NCBI RefSeq assembly: GCF_001550055.1
Contig: NZ_LRUA01000006.1
Coordinates: 62,597-94,596 of the forward strand
Source of the DNA: Kordiimonas lacus
Lineage (GTDB): Bacteria > Pseudomonadota > Alphaproteobacteria > Sphingomonadales > Kordiimonadaceae
Direction: 5' to 3'
DNA length: 32,000 nucleotides
Shown here: piece after piece, positions 16,096-25,091 of the stretch
How the letters are laid out: the number at the start of each line of letters is the position of its first letter
Numbering within the stretch: position 1 is the first letter of the stretch
Notes under the pieces: model-generated
Told to the model about the DNA's origin: nothing
Databases searched by the model: none
Seen by the model: the letters and a program-made list of their open reading frames with translations, nothing else
Translations under genes and position numbers: made by a program

Positions 16096-16716
16096 TCAGA
16101 ATTTGAAAACAATCCCCAAGCTGCTCTCAAGCATGTCGTTGGTTCCGTCCAGACCTGAGAAGGTGACGGTGGTGCGCAGGCTCAATCTTTCAGACAGCGC
16201 GCGTTCATACCCAAGCCCCAGCTTCAGGCCGTCAAGACGTCGATAGAGCGACTCACCAGATGGGGTAGGCACGAGGTTGCCGTTGCCGTCGTCGATGAGC
16301 TCAAGCAGATCGACGCGTTGCCGAACCTGGCTCCAGCCAACCTGACCGAACAGCAGATTTCGGCGGTTCCGACCAAAGGCGTATCCAGCTGTGCTCATGA
16401 CAGACCAGTGATGTCGGTTGGATCTAGGGAAGATTGCATACCGGGTATCTGGAGTGCCAGGGAAGCCGAACGTGCCCTCAAGGCCAAGAACAAGGCCATC
16501 GTCTGACTGATGTCTGTAGCCGCCAAAAAGGCCGAATTGAAAATCCAGGTCGCTGCTGTCATGCTCTGTGTGCATGCCGAGGCCGGCTTCCACGCCCAGA
16601 TAGGGACCATGAAAGTATTTTGTGTCTATGGTAGAGGATTGAGGGGCGTCGGCCAGTGCCACTCCTGATACTGCTGTCGTCAGCACCATCACCCCCACAG
16701 TGAATAGCTTTTTCAT
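16096..16716 (-). CDS. Small outer-membrane beta-barrel protein, paralogue of 13348..13902
   Basis: Signal peptide MKKLFTVGVMVLTTAVSGVALA. It shares the motifs Y.G.EAG, GG.R, GLEGTFG and a terminal ...GIVFKF with the other OMP. ATG 16716 has AAGGA 7 nt upstream; the ORF-track start at 16731 is a TTG. Confidence 0.8.
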   Translation of the reverse strand: MKKLFTVGVMVLTTAVSGVALADAPQSSTIDTKYFHGPYLGVEAGLGMHTEHDSSDLDFQFGLFGGYRHQSDDGLVLGLEGTFGFPGTPDTRYAIFPRSNRHHWSVMSTAGYAFGRNRRNLLFGQVGWSQVRQRVDLLELIDDGNGNLVPTPSGESLYRRLDGLKLGLGYERALSERLSLRTTVTFSGLDGTNDMLESSLGIVFKF

Positions 16717-16737
16717 TGTCGTGTCCTTCAATTGTCG

Positions 16738-16810
16738 GTTGAATTAATTCAACGACTTATTAGGAGCAGTTCAATTGAGGCGACTTTGTGCCGATTTGTG
16801 GGAGTTTGTG
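16738..16810. promoter_or_regulatory. Candidate operator/activator region upstream of the OMP gene: a 16-bp perfect palindrome plus three 10-bp phased repeats
   Basis: GTTGAATTAATTCAAC (16738-16753) is a perfect palindrome 22-37 nt upstream of the ATG. The sequence cgacTTTGTG ccgaTTTGTG ggagTTTGTG (16781-16810) is three tandem 10-mers with one-helical-turn phasing. Confidence 0.35.
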
Positions 16811-16821
16811 TAGCAACTAAA

Positions 16822-19800
16822 CTAAGATTGGTTGGTTGCAACAGCAGCCAGACGTTTCGCCACGGCATTCACAGCCTTCAGGCGTGCGCCGATCTTTTCC
16901 ATCCGTGCATAGTAGGTCAATTTGTGGTCTGGCCGCAGCTTGGCTGACGCGCCGGTGCCGGAAATGAATTCCACCAGTCCGGCCGGGTTGGCGAACTGGT
17001 CGTTGCGGAAGCTGATGGTCATGCCCTTCGGCCCGGCATCCAGCTTGTCGATGCCTGCGCGCTTGCAAGACCCTTTGATGATCATGATGGCCGCCAGCTG
17101 TTTCACGGCCCCGGGCAGCGGCCCGAAACGGTCAATCAGCTCAGCACAGAAGGCGTCTACGTCCTCGCGGGTTTCAAGGTCTGCCAGGCGGCGATAGAGC
17201 GCCATGCGCTGGGTCAGATCCGGCACATATTTTTCCGGGATCATAACGGTGGCACCCAGATTTAGCTGTGGCGACCAGTCTGTTTCCTCGAATTCGTCAT
17301 CGCCTGCGCCCGCGCGTGCCTCCGCCACGGCTTCCTCAAGCATCTTCTGATAGAGTTCCACACCCACTTCCTTGACGTGGCCGGATTGCTCGTCGCCCAA
17401 TAGGTTGCCGGCGCCACGAATATCCATGTCGTGGCTGGCGATGGTGAAGCCAGCCCCAAGCGTATCCAGCGCCTGCAGCACCTGAAGCCGCTTGTCGGCA
17501 TTTTCGCTCAGCATCCGGTTCGCTGGCGTGGTCAGGTAAGCATAAGCCCGGGTTTTCGACCGGCCCACCCGGCCGCGAAGCTGGTAAAGCTGCGCCAGGC
17601 CAAAGCGGTCCGCCCGGTGCACCACCATGGTATTGGCGTTCGAGATGTCGATGCCGCTTTCAACGATGGTGGTCGACAGCAGCACATCATATCTGCCTTC
17701 ATAGAAAGCGGTCATGACATCTTCGATGGTCTTGGGCGTCATCTGGCCGTGGCCGATGATGAATTTCACCTCTGGCACATGTTCCTTGAGGAAAGTGGCG
17801 GCTTCTTCAAGGTCGGCGATGCGCGGCACGACATAGAAGCTCTGTCCGCCGCGATAGTGCTCGCGCAACAGCGCTTCGCGCACCACGACAGGGTCGAACG
17901 GCAGCACGAAGGTGCGCACCGCCAGCCGGTCCACCGGCGGAGTGGCGATGATCGAAAGGTCGCGAATGCCCGACATGGCCATCTGCAGTGTGCGCGGGAT
18001 CGGGGTGGCTGTCAGCGTCAGCACATGCACGTCTGCTTTCAGCTCCTTCAGCTTTTCCTTGTGGGCAACACCGAAATGCTGCTCCTCGTCCACAATCACC
18101 ATGCCCAGGTTCTTGAACTCGATGCCTTTGGCCAGCAGCGCATGGGTGCCGATCACAATATCGCACGTGCCCTTGCGCATTTCTTCTTTGGTAGCCTTCT
18201 GGTCCTTGGCGGAAACCAGGCGCGACAGCTGGCCGATGCGCACAGGCAGGCCTTTGAAGCGCTCTGTGAAGTTCAGATAGTGCTGGCGCGAGAGCAGCGT
18301 GGTGGGCGCAACAATCGCAACCTGAAGCCCGGCCATGGTTGCCAGAAAGGCCGCGCGCAGGGCCACCTCTGTCTTGCCGAAGCCGACGTCGCCACACACC
18401 AGCCGGTCCATTGGGCGGCCGGATGACAGGTCCGCCGCCACTTGTTCGATCGCGCGCAGCTGGTCCTCGGTTTCCGTGAAGGGGAAGTGGGCGGCGAATT
18501 CGTCATAGAGGCCTTCGGGCGTTGTCACCCGGGTGCCTTCCTTCAGCTCACGCTCAGCGGCCAGTTTAATCAGCTGGCCGGCCATCTCACGGATGCGTGC
18601 CTTGGCCTTTGCTTTCCGTGCCTGCCATGCCACGCCGCCGAGTTTGTCCAGCTGGCCGCCGGCGTCCTCGCCGCCAAAGCGCGACAATACTTCAATATTC
18701 TCAACGGGCACATAAAGCTTGTCACCGCCCAGGTAGGTCAGCAGCAAGCAGTCGTGCGCCGCGCCCGTAACAGTAACGGTCTCCAGCCCGACGAATTTAC
18801 CGATGCCGTGGCTGGCATGCACCACAAGGTCACCGGGCGATAGCGCGCTGGCTTCCTTGAGGAAATTATCTGCCTTCTTGCTCCGCCGCGCCTTCCGCAC
18901 CAGCCGGTCGCCCAAGACATCCTGTTCAGAAATGACAGCCAGGTCTTTGGTCTCGAAACCCCGCTCAAGCGGCAGTACGGTGACGGCAATCAGCGTCTTG
19001 TTTTCGCGCCGGATGTCCTCCCAGCTGTCCGCTAACCCCACGGGCATCAGGCCGTGATCTTCCAGAACACCCTTCAGGCGGTCGGCGGCGCCGGCGGAAT
19101 AGCTAGCGAACACTACGCGCTTCTCTGAGGCGCGTAGCGCCTTCACATGGTCGCGCACAGCATCATAGACATTCAGGTCGCGGTTGTTGCGTTCGGGGCC
19201 AAAGTCGCGGCCCTGACGCGCCTCAAAGCTCACCACATTCAGGGCAGGGGGCTCCTCAAACGGCGTCAGGCGGATGGCATTAAGCTCGTCCAGCCGGTCC
19301 TGCCATTCGGCTTCGCTGAGATACAGCTGCGCGCTGGGCACGGGCTTGTAAGGAGGCGCAGTGATGCTCTTCTCATTTTTCGCGATGGCCCAGGCCTCCC
19401 GGCGGGCCTCGAAATAGTCGTCCACTGCCTTGAAACGCTCGCCTGCCGCGTCATCCACCTGATGGTCGAAGGTAAAGAGCGGCGCGTCCAGATAATCGAA
19501 CAGGGTCGACATCTTGTCGTGGAAGAAGGACAGCCAGTGTTCGGCGCCCTGATACTTGCGGCCTTCACTGATGGCTTCATACAGCAGGTCGTCGCCTTTG
19601 GCCGGGCCGAAGGTGTTCACATAGTTCCGACGGAAGCGCTCAATGCCTTCTTTCGACAGCGAAAATTCGGACGCTGGCTTCAGGTGCAGGCGCGGCGCCT
19701 TGCCTATTGTGCGCTGATCCAGCGGGTCGAACCGGCGGATGGTGTCCAGCTCATCGCCAAAGAAATCCAGCCTCAGCGGGCTGTCTTCACCGGGCGGAAA

Positions 19801-20316
19801 AATATCAATCAGGCCGCCACGTACTGCAAACTCGCCCGGCTCCATGACCTGACCGGACCGGGTGTAGCCATTTGACGCCAGAAAGTCTGTCAGCGCCACG
19901 AGGTCAACCTCATCGCCCGGTTCGGCGTGGAAGGTGGCGTCCCGCACGGCTTCTGGCGCGGGTACACGCTGCAGGGCTGCGTTAACGGTGGTCAGCACCA
20001 GCAGGGGCTTTGTCTGCTTGCCAGCCGTCAGGCGTGACAGGGTTGCCATACGGCGCGCGACAATATCGCTTTGCGGGCTGACACGGTCATAGGGCAGGCA
20101 GTCCCATGCCGGGAACAGCAATAGTTCCATCTCTGGCGCGAAGAATTTCACCGCCGCCGCCATCGCTGCCAGCCGCCCGTCGTCGGACGCCACATAAAGG
20201 ACCGGCCGCTTGGCATGCCGACCCGCCAGATCAGCGAGCAGCATGGCGTCATAGCCGCCGGGCACGCCCGAGGCAATCAGCGGCATCTCCGCGTCTATCA
20301 GCTGGTCCAGTGGCAT
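16822..20316 (-). CDS. mfd: Transcription-repair coupling factor Mfd
   Basis: A 1164-aa protein with a UvrB-homology N-terminus, a CarD/RID-like region (GDLVVHASHGIGKFVGL), SF2 helicase motifs (GDVGFGKTEVALRAAF, DEEQHFGV, TATPIPRTL, QLRGRVGRS) and a TRG/C-terminal domain. Confidence 0.97.
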   Translation of the reverse strand: MPLDQLIDAEMPLIASGVPGGYDAMLLADLAGRHAKRPVLYVASDDGRLAAMAAAVKFFAPEMELLLFPAWDCLPYDRVSPQSDIVARRMATLSRLTAGKQTKPLLVLTTVNAALQRVPAPEAVRDATFHAEPGDEVDLVALTDFLASNGYTRSGQVMEPGEFAVRGGLIDIFPPGEDSPLRLDFFGDELDTIRRFDPLDQRTIGKAPRLHLKPASEFSLSKEGIERFRRNYVNTFGPAKGDDLLYEAISEGRKYQGAEHWLSFFHDKMSTLFDYLDAPLFTFDHQVDDAAGERFKAVDDYFEARREAWAIAKNEKSITAPPYKPVPSAQLYLSEAEWQDRLDELNAIRLTPFEEPPALNVVSFEARQGRDFGPERNNRDLNVYDAVRDHVKALRASEKRVVFASYSAGAADRLKGVLEDHGLMPVGLADSWEDIRRENKTLIAVTVLPLERGFETKDLAVISEQDVLGDRLVRKARRSKKADNFLKEASALSPGDLVVHASHGIGKFVGLETVTVTGAAHDCLLLTYLGGDKLYVPVENIEVLSRFGGEDAGGQLDKLGGVAWQARKAKAKARIREMAGQLIKLAAERELKEGTRVTTPEGLYDEFAAHFPFTETEDQLRAIEQVAADLSSGRPMDRLVCGDVGFGKTEVALRAAFLATMAGLQVAIVAPTTLLSRQHYLNFTERFKGLPVRIGQLSRLVSAKDQKATKEEMRKGTCDIVIGTHALLAKGIEFKNLGMVIVDEEQHFGVAHKEKLKELKADVHVLTLTATPIPRTLQMAMSGIRDLSIIATPPVDRLAVRTFVLPFDPVVVREALLREHYRGGQSFYVVPRIADLEEAATFLKEHVPEVKFIIGHGQMTPKTIEDVMTAFYEGRYDVLLSTTIVESGIDISNANTMVVHRADRFGLAQLYQLRGRVGRSKTRAYAYLTTPANRMLSENADKRLQVLQALDTLGAGFTIASHDMDIRGAGNLLGDEQSGHVKEVGVELYQKMLEEAVAEARAGAGDDEFEETDWSPQLNLGATVMIPEKYVPDLTQRMALYRRLADLETREDVDAFCAELIDRFGPLPGAVKQLAAIMIIKGSCKRAGIDKLDAGPKGMTISFRNDQFANPAGLVEFISGTGASAKLRPDHKLTYYARMEKIGARLKAVNAVAKRLAAVATNQS

Positions 20317-20334
20317 GGTGCTAAAATGTCCGGT

Positions 20335-20637
20335 TTACTTGGCCTTGAGGGTCATGAAGTCCAGCTTCTGCAGCCGGTCCATCATTTCGCCCTGGAATTT
20401 TTCAGGCACATCGATGCCTTTGGTGACCCAGCCGAGAATCTCGTGGTCCTGCTCTTCGAACAGGATTTCAAACCATTCGCAGTCAGCATTGCTGAAGCTG
20501 TCCTTGTTGGCCTCGACAAAGTTGCCGAAAATCAGGTCCAGTTCCTTGATGCCGCGGTGCCAGGCCCGAAACAACAGACGGCGCCTGCGGTCTTCAAGGT
20601 TGATGTCCTTGTGCGGGTTGTAGCCTTGGTCGCTCAT
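20335..20637 (-). CDS. sdhE: FAD assembly factor SdhE (succinate dehydrogenase assembly factor 2, DUF339)
   Basis: RRRRLLFRAWHRGIKELDLIFGNF...DHEILGWV contains the SdhE RGxxE motif. I prefer ATG 20637 (MSDQGYNP..., 100 aa) over the ORF-track start at 20715. The gene ends 18 nt upstream of mfd. The sdhE-mfd pair divergent from recG is a conserved alphaproteobacterial arrangement. Confidence 0.85.
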   Translation of the reverse strand: MSDQGYNPHKDINLEDRRRRLLFRAWHRGIKELDLIFGNFVEANKDSFSNADCEWFEILFEEQDHEILGWVTKGIDVPEKFQGEMMDRLQKLDFMTLKAK

Positions 20638-20780
20638 ACTGGTCACCTTCCACTGGAAACTGGAAAAACACATCACCACCTGCAGATTTTGATCTGTCTG
20701 TTTGATGGGCGGCACACCATAGGCTAAGGTCCGCTTTGGTTAAAGGGAAACTTTCATGATTTTCGGGGGAAAACCGCCCT

Positions 20781-22865
20781 ATGCGGCCTGAAGCGCTGTT
20801 TGATTATTTCGCGGATATCGAGCGCCTGCCGGGCATCGGCAAGCGTAACAAGCAGGCAATTGAGCGCCTCGCGGGTACGCGCACGCGCGACCTTCTCATG
20901 CATCTGCCCACGGGGCTGGTGGACCGGCGCTATCGCCCGAAAGTCAGGGATGCCGCGCCTGGCAGCATCGCGACGCTTGAAGTGGTGGTGGATGAACACC
21001 TGCCGCCGCACAACAAGCGCGCGCCCTACAAGGTGCGCTGCCATGACGACACAGCCGAGCTGACGCTGGTGTTTTTCCATGCCCGTGCGGACTATCTCAG
21101 GAAGCAGCTGCCGGAAGGCGAGACGCGCATTATCAGCGGAAAACTTGAGCATTTCCAAGGGGATGCGCAGATCACCCACCCGGATTATATGGTCTCCCCC
21201 GATAGCGCAGACGAGCTTCCGCTTCTTGAAACCGTCTATCCGCTGACGGCCGGGCTGTCGGGCAAGGTGCTCAGGAAGGCCATCCATGCGGCGCTGGAAA
21301 CCGTGCCGCCGCTACCCGAATGGCAGCTGAAGGATATCGTCACGCGCGAAGGATGGCCTGATTTTCTAAGCGCAATCAAACATTTACATAGCCCTTCCGG
21401 ACCCGAAACATTAGCTCCGAAAAGCCCGGAGCGGCGGCGGCTGGCGGCGGACGAGCTGCTGGCGACCCAGCTGGCGCTGGCGATTGTGCGCGACCGCACA
21501 CAGAAGAAACGCGGCAGGGCACTCAAGGGCAATGGGCACATTAGGGGCACACTCATAGGGAATCTTTCCTACAGCCTCACAGGCGATCAGGAAAAGGCAC
21601 TCCAGGAGATCATCGCGGACCTTGAAAGTGGCCGCGCCATGCTGCGGTTGATGCAGGGCGATGTCGGCAGCGGCAAGACGGTCGTGGCCTTACTCGTGAT
21701 GGCGGCGGCGGTGGAGGCGGGCGTGCAGGCGGCGCTGCTGGCCCCTACGGAAATTCTGGCGAACCAGCATCTGGAAACCATCGCGCCGCTCGCGGAAAAA
21801 GCGGGCCTTCGCGTTGAGAAGCTCACGGGCCGGAACAAGGGCAAGCACCGCAAGGAAATCCTGGCGCGCCTCGCCGCGGGCGAGATTGATATCCTTGTCG
21901 GCACCCACGCCATCATTCAGGACGACGTCCAGTTCAGGGACCTCGGCCTTGCGATCATTGATGAGCAGCACAGGTTCGGCGTGCAACAGCGCCTGGCGCT
22001 CGCGGGCAAGGCCACGGCCGGCATTGACGTGCTGGGCATGACTGCAACCCCCATTCCGCGCACGCTGACGCTCACGGCATACGGCGACATGGACGTCAGC
22101 CGCATTCAGGAAAAGCCACCCGGGCGGCAGCCGGTGGACACCCGCGTGGTGTCGCTGGACCGGCTGGGCGAGGTGGCGCAGGGCATTGGCCGCGCGGTAC
22201 AGGCAGGCCAGCGCGCCTACTGGGTTTGCCCGCTGGTGGAAGAAAGCGAAAAGCTGGACCTGGCGGCCGCCGAGGACCGCTACCGCGATTTCCAGCATAT
22301 GCTGGGACCGCGCGTGGGGCTGGTGCACGGCAAGATGAAGGGCGCGGACAAGGACGCGGTGATGGAAAAGTTCCAGACCGGCGAGATCAGCGTGCTGGTG
22401 TCCACCACCGTGATCGAAGTGGGCGTGAATGTACCGGAAGCCACGATCATGGTGATCGAACACGCCGAACGCTTCGGCCTGGCGCAACTGCACCAGCTGC
22501 GCGGACGCGTGGGGCGCGGCGCGGGCAAGTCCACCTGCATCCTGTTGCGCGGTAACGAGATTGGCGAAGTGGCGCGCGCGCGCCTCAAGACCATGCGCGA
22601 AAGCGAGGACGGCTTCCTGATCGCGGAAGAAGACCTGAAGCTTCGGGGCGGCGGCGAAATATTGGGCACACGCCAAAGCGGCCTGCCGGAATTCAAGATG
22701 GTTGATTTCCTGGAGCACGCAGACCTGATCGAGCTAGCGCGCGACGACGCCCGGCTGATCGTCAACAAGGACCCAGAGCTGAAGTCAGAGCGCGGGCAGG
22801 CGCTGAGGCACCTGCTGTATCTGTTCGAGCGCGACGAGGGTGTGCGCCTGATGCAGTCGGGGTAA
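20781..22865 (+). CDS. recG: ATP-dependent DNA helicase RecG
   Basis: A 694-aa protein with a wedge-domain N-terminus and SF2 motifs (GDVGSGKTVVA, DEQHRFGV, TATPIPRTL, QLRGRVGRG), plus the C-terminal TRG motif ILGTRQSGLPEFK. Confidence 0.97.
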   Translation: MRPEALFDYFADIERLPGIGKRNKQAIERLAGTRTRDLLMHLPTGLVDRRYRPKVRDAAPGSIATLEVVVDEHLPPHNKRAPYKVRCHDDTAELTLVFFHARADYLRKQLPEGETRIISGKLEHFQGDAQITHPDYMVSPDSADELPLLETVYPLTAGLSGKVLRKAIHAALETVPPLPEWQLKDIVTREGWPDFLSAIKHLHSPSGPETLAPKSPERRRLAADELLATQLALAIVRDRTQKKRGRALKGNGHIRGTLIGNLSYSLTGDQEKALQEIIADLESGRAMLRLMQGDVGSGKTVVALLVMAAAVEAGVQAALLAPTEILANQHLETIAPLAEKAGLRVEKLTGRNKGKHRKEILARLAAGEIDILVGTHAIIQDDVQFRDLGLAIIDEQHRFGVQQRLALAGKATAGIDVLGMTATPIPRTLTLTAYGDMDVSRIQEKPPGRQPVDTRVVSLDRLGEVAQGIGRAVQAGQRAYWVCPLVEESEKLDLAAAEDRYRDFQHMLGPRVGLVHGKMKGADKDAVMEKFQTGEISVLVSTTVIEVGVNVPEATIMVIEHAERFGLAQLHQLRGRVGRGAGKSTCILLRGNEIGEVARARLKTMRESEDGFLIAEEDLKLRGGGEILGTRQSGLPEFKMVDFLEHADLIELARDDARLIVNKDPELKSERGQALRHLLYLFERDEGVRLMQSG

Positions 22866-22876
22866 ATTCAATTGTC

Positions 22877-22938
22877 ATTCGCTGACTTGATCAGCGAATC
22901 CCTGCATGGATGTGGACTCGCCGGTCGAGCCGGCGAGT
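22877..22938 (+). terminator. Two consecutive 9-bp-stem / 5-nt-loop hairpins downstream of recG (terminator or REP-like structure)
   Basis: ATTCGCTGA-cttga-TCAGCGAAT (22877-22899) and ACTCGCCGG-tcgag-CCGGCGAGT (22916-22938). Neither is followed by a U-run. Confidence 0.4.
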
Positions 22939-23028
22939 GACGATGGTGTATGTTGCACTGTGCCCATTTGACTATCCCCCATCCACGCTATTTTACCCTT
23001 TAAACAAGGTATTAAGGGACATATCCGT

Positions 23029-24552
23029 ATGGCGTGGGAAAAAGAGTTAGCCGAGAAGAAGAAGCGCGAGGCGCTGGCCGAAAAGATGGGCGGCGAGGAC
23101 AAGCTGGCGCGCCAACATGCGCGGGGCAAGCTGGACGTGCGCGCCCGCCTTGCAAAAATGGCCGACCCCGGCTCCTTCCGCGAGATCGGCAAGCTGGCGG
23201 GCAAGGCCAGCTATGACCAGAATGGCGACCTGGTGGACGCGTCGCCATCGAACTTCCTGTTCGGTCGGGCAGACGTGGACCGCCGCCCTGTGGTGCTGAC
23301 CGGCGATGATTTCACCGTGCGGGGCGGGGCCGCAGACGCTGCCATCTGGCGCAAGGCGGTGCTGGCGGAACAGATGGCGCACGAATACAAGCTGCCGCTC
23401 ATCAGGTTGATCGACGGCACGGGCGGTGGTGGCAGCGTCAAGATGCTGGAGGACATGGGCCTGACGTATGTCCCTTACCTGCCGGGGTGGGACCATGTTG
23501 TGAAAAACCTTGAGACGGTGCCCGTTGTGGCGCTGGCGCTTGGCTCTGTGGCGGGGCTTGGCGCCGCACGCGTGGTGGCGTCCCACTATAGCGTTATGGT
23601 CAAGGGCATGAGCCACATGTTCACCGCCGGGCCCGCCGTGGTGGCGGCGATTGGCGAAAATCTTGATAAGGAAGCGCTGGGCGGCGCGGACATTCATGCG
23701 CGCAACGGCGCGGTGGATGAGCTGGTGGAGAGCGAAGAGGCCGCGTTCGAGGCCGCGAAACGGTTCCTGAGCTACCTGCCATCCGCAGCGGGGCTGCCAG
23801 CACCAAGGGGCGATACCAGCGATGGCGTGGAACGCCGCGACGAAAAGCTGCTGGACGCCGTGCCGGAAGACCGCCGCAAGGCCTATAGCATGCGCAAAAT
23901 CCTCGACAGCGTCATGGACCGGGGCAGCGTGTTTGAGATTGGCAGGCGCTGGGGCCAGTCGGCCATCACGGCGCTGGCGCGGCTTGATGGCTGGCCCGTC
24001 GCAGTGATTGCCTCAGACCCTAGCTTCATGGGCGGCAGTTGGACCGCCGACGCGGCCCGCAAGATCGAACGGTTCGTAAAGCTCGCCAACACTTTCCGCC
24101 TGCCGGTGGTTCACTTCGTTGATAACCCGGGTTTCATGATCGGGCTTGACGCCGAGAAGGCCGCCACCATCCGTTATGGGGTTGAGGCACTCAATGGCAT
24201 TTACCGTTCAACCGTGCCGTGGGCCAGCGTGATTGTCAGGAAGGCGTACGGCGTGGCGGGCGCGGCCATGAGCGACCATACCAAATTCCAGTACCGCTTC
24301 GCCTGGCCGTCAGGCGACTGGGGCAGCCTGCCGCTCGAGGGCGGGATCGAGGTGGCCTATAAGGCGGAACTGGAGAAGGCCGAAGACCCACAGGCCGCAC
24401 TGGCGGAGATCAAAGCACGGCTTGATAAGGTGCGCAGCCCCTTCCGCACCGCCGAAGCCTTCATGGTCGAAGACGTCATCGACCCCCGCGAAACAAGGCC
24501 GCTCCTGTGCGAATTCGCAAACCTCGCCCAAGGCAAGATGGCTTTGGAATAA
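23029..24552 (+). CDS. Acyl-CoA carboxylase carboxyltransferase (beta) subunit family protein
   Basis: A 507-aa protein with the typical family start (KREALAEKMGGEDKLARQHARGKLDVRARL...DPGSF.E), paired crotonase-like CT domains (GGAADAA..., PVVHFVDNPGFMIG...) and an ending DVIDPRETR. Confidence 0.9.
   Translation: MAWEKELAEKKKREALAEKMGGEDKLARQHARGKLDVRARLAKMADPGSFREIGKLAGKASYDQNGDLVDASPSNFLFGRADVDRRPVVLTGDDFTVRGGAADAAIWRKAVLAEQMAHEYKLPLIRLIDGTGGGGSVKMLEDMGLTYVPYLPGWDHVVKNLETVPVVALALGSVAGLGAARVVASHYSVMVKGMSHMFTAGPAVVAAIGENLDKEALGGADIHARNGAVDELVESEEAAFEAAKRFLSYLPSAAGLPAPRGDTSDGVERRDEKLLDAVPEDRRKAYSMRKILDSVMDRGSVFEIGRRWGQSAITALARLDGWPVAVIASDPSFMGGSWTADAARKIERFVKLANTFRLPVVHFVDNPGFMIGLDAEKAATIRYGVEALNGIYRSTVPWASVIVRKAYGVAGAAMSDHTKFQYRFAWPSGDWGSLPLEGGIEVAYKAELEKAEDPQAALAEIKARLDKVRSPFRTAEAFMVEDVIDPRETRPLLCEFANLAQGKMALE
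24488..24548 (+). repeat. Direct repeat copy A, which is the functional 3' coding end of the carboxyltransferase gene
   Basis: A 61-nt segment gcgaaacaaggccgctcctgtgcgaattcgcaaacctcgcccaaggcaagatggctttgga is repeated 604 bp downstream with 56/61 identity (48/50 over the first 50 nt). It encodes ETRPLLCEFANLAQGKMALE-stop. Confidence 0.9.
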
Positions 24553-24586
24553 CCCGCAGCTCTTGCAATGAAGGCATGTTTAGGGC

Positions 24587-25090
24587 ATGACCGGCAACCT
24601 TGTTGCTGCCGGGAAGAAAACCATGACCACGCTTACCATCCGTCCAGTCGAGGACGCTGACCTGCCGTTTATCCGGTCCCTGTCGCCGACGCTGGCGGCG
24701 AAGGCAGGGCTGAGCTGGCATTCGGATGCGGTGGTGCAGAAATTCCAGGACGACTATATCGACGCCATGATGGCGGCAACGGACGTGCGGAACGCCACCT
24801 ATGTTGCCGTTCGCGGCGATGAGCCGCTTGGCTTTGTACATGTGCGTGAACGCGAGGATGAAGTCTCTGGCGAAATGGTCGCCACCGTACCGCTACTTGC
24901 GGTGAAGGATGGTGCGCAGGGTCTTGGTGTGGGGCAGGCGCTGATGGCCGCGGCGGAAGACTGGACCCGCGCGAACGGTTTTCGCCTGTTGCATCTCGAG
25001 GTGTTCTGGAACAATGCACAAGGCCGCCATTTTTATGAAAAGCAGGGCTATCTGACGGAGACGATTAACCTGATCAAGCCGTTGGGGTAG
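24587..25090 (+). CDS. GNAT-family N-acetyltransferase
   Basis: GNAT core: LTIRPVEDADLPFI..., LLAVKDGAQGLGVGQALMAAAEDWTRANGFRLLHLEV...N..ARHFYEKQGY (the Q/RxxGxG/A acetyl-CoA motif). An alternative start is ATG 24623 (MTTLTIRP...). Confidence 0.85.
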   Translation: MTGNLVAAGKKTMTTLTIRPVEDADLPFIRSLSPTLAAKAGLSWHSDAVVQKFQDDYIDAMMAATDVRNATYVAVRGDEPLGFVHVREREDEVSGEMVATVPLLAVKDGAQGLGVGQALMAAAEDWTRANGFRLLHLEVFWNNAQGRHFYEKQGYLTETINLIKPLG

Positions 25091-25091
25091 G

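Noticed and set aside
17431-18426. 331-aa plus-strand ORF and several other ORFs on either strand within 16822-20316 (for example 19147-19875 and 17807-18397)
   Set aside because: All lie inside mfd, whose 1164-aa frame carries every helicase and TRCF motif. The other frames are R/H/G/A-rich shadows.
21690-22718. 342-aa minus-strand ORF antisense to recG, plus 20754-21287 and 22280-22768
   Set aside because: The recG frame is complete and motif-rich. The antisense ORFs have shadow composition.
24587-25090. GNAT gene as the toxin of a GNAT/RHH (TacT/AtaT-type) toxin-antitoxin pair
   Set aside because: No small DUF1778/RHH antitoxin ORF lies upstream or downstream. The 34-nt spacer to the carboxyltransferase stop leaves no room for one.
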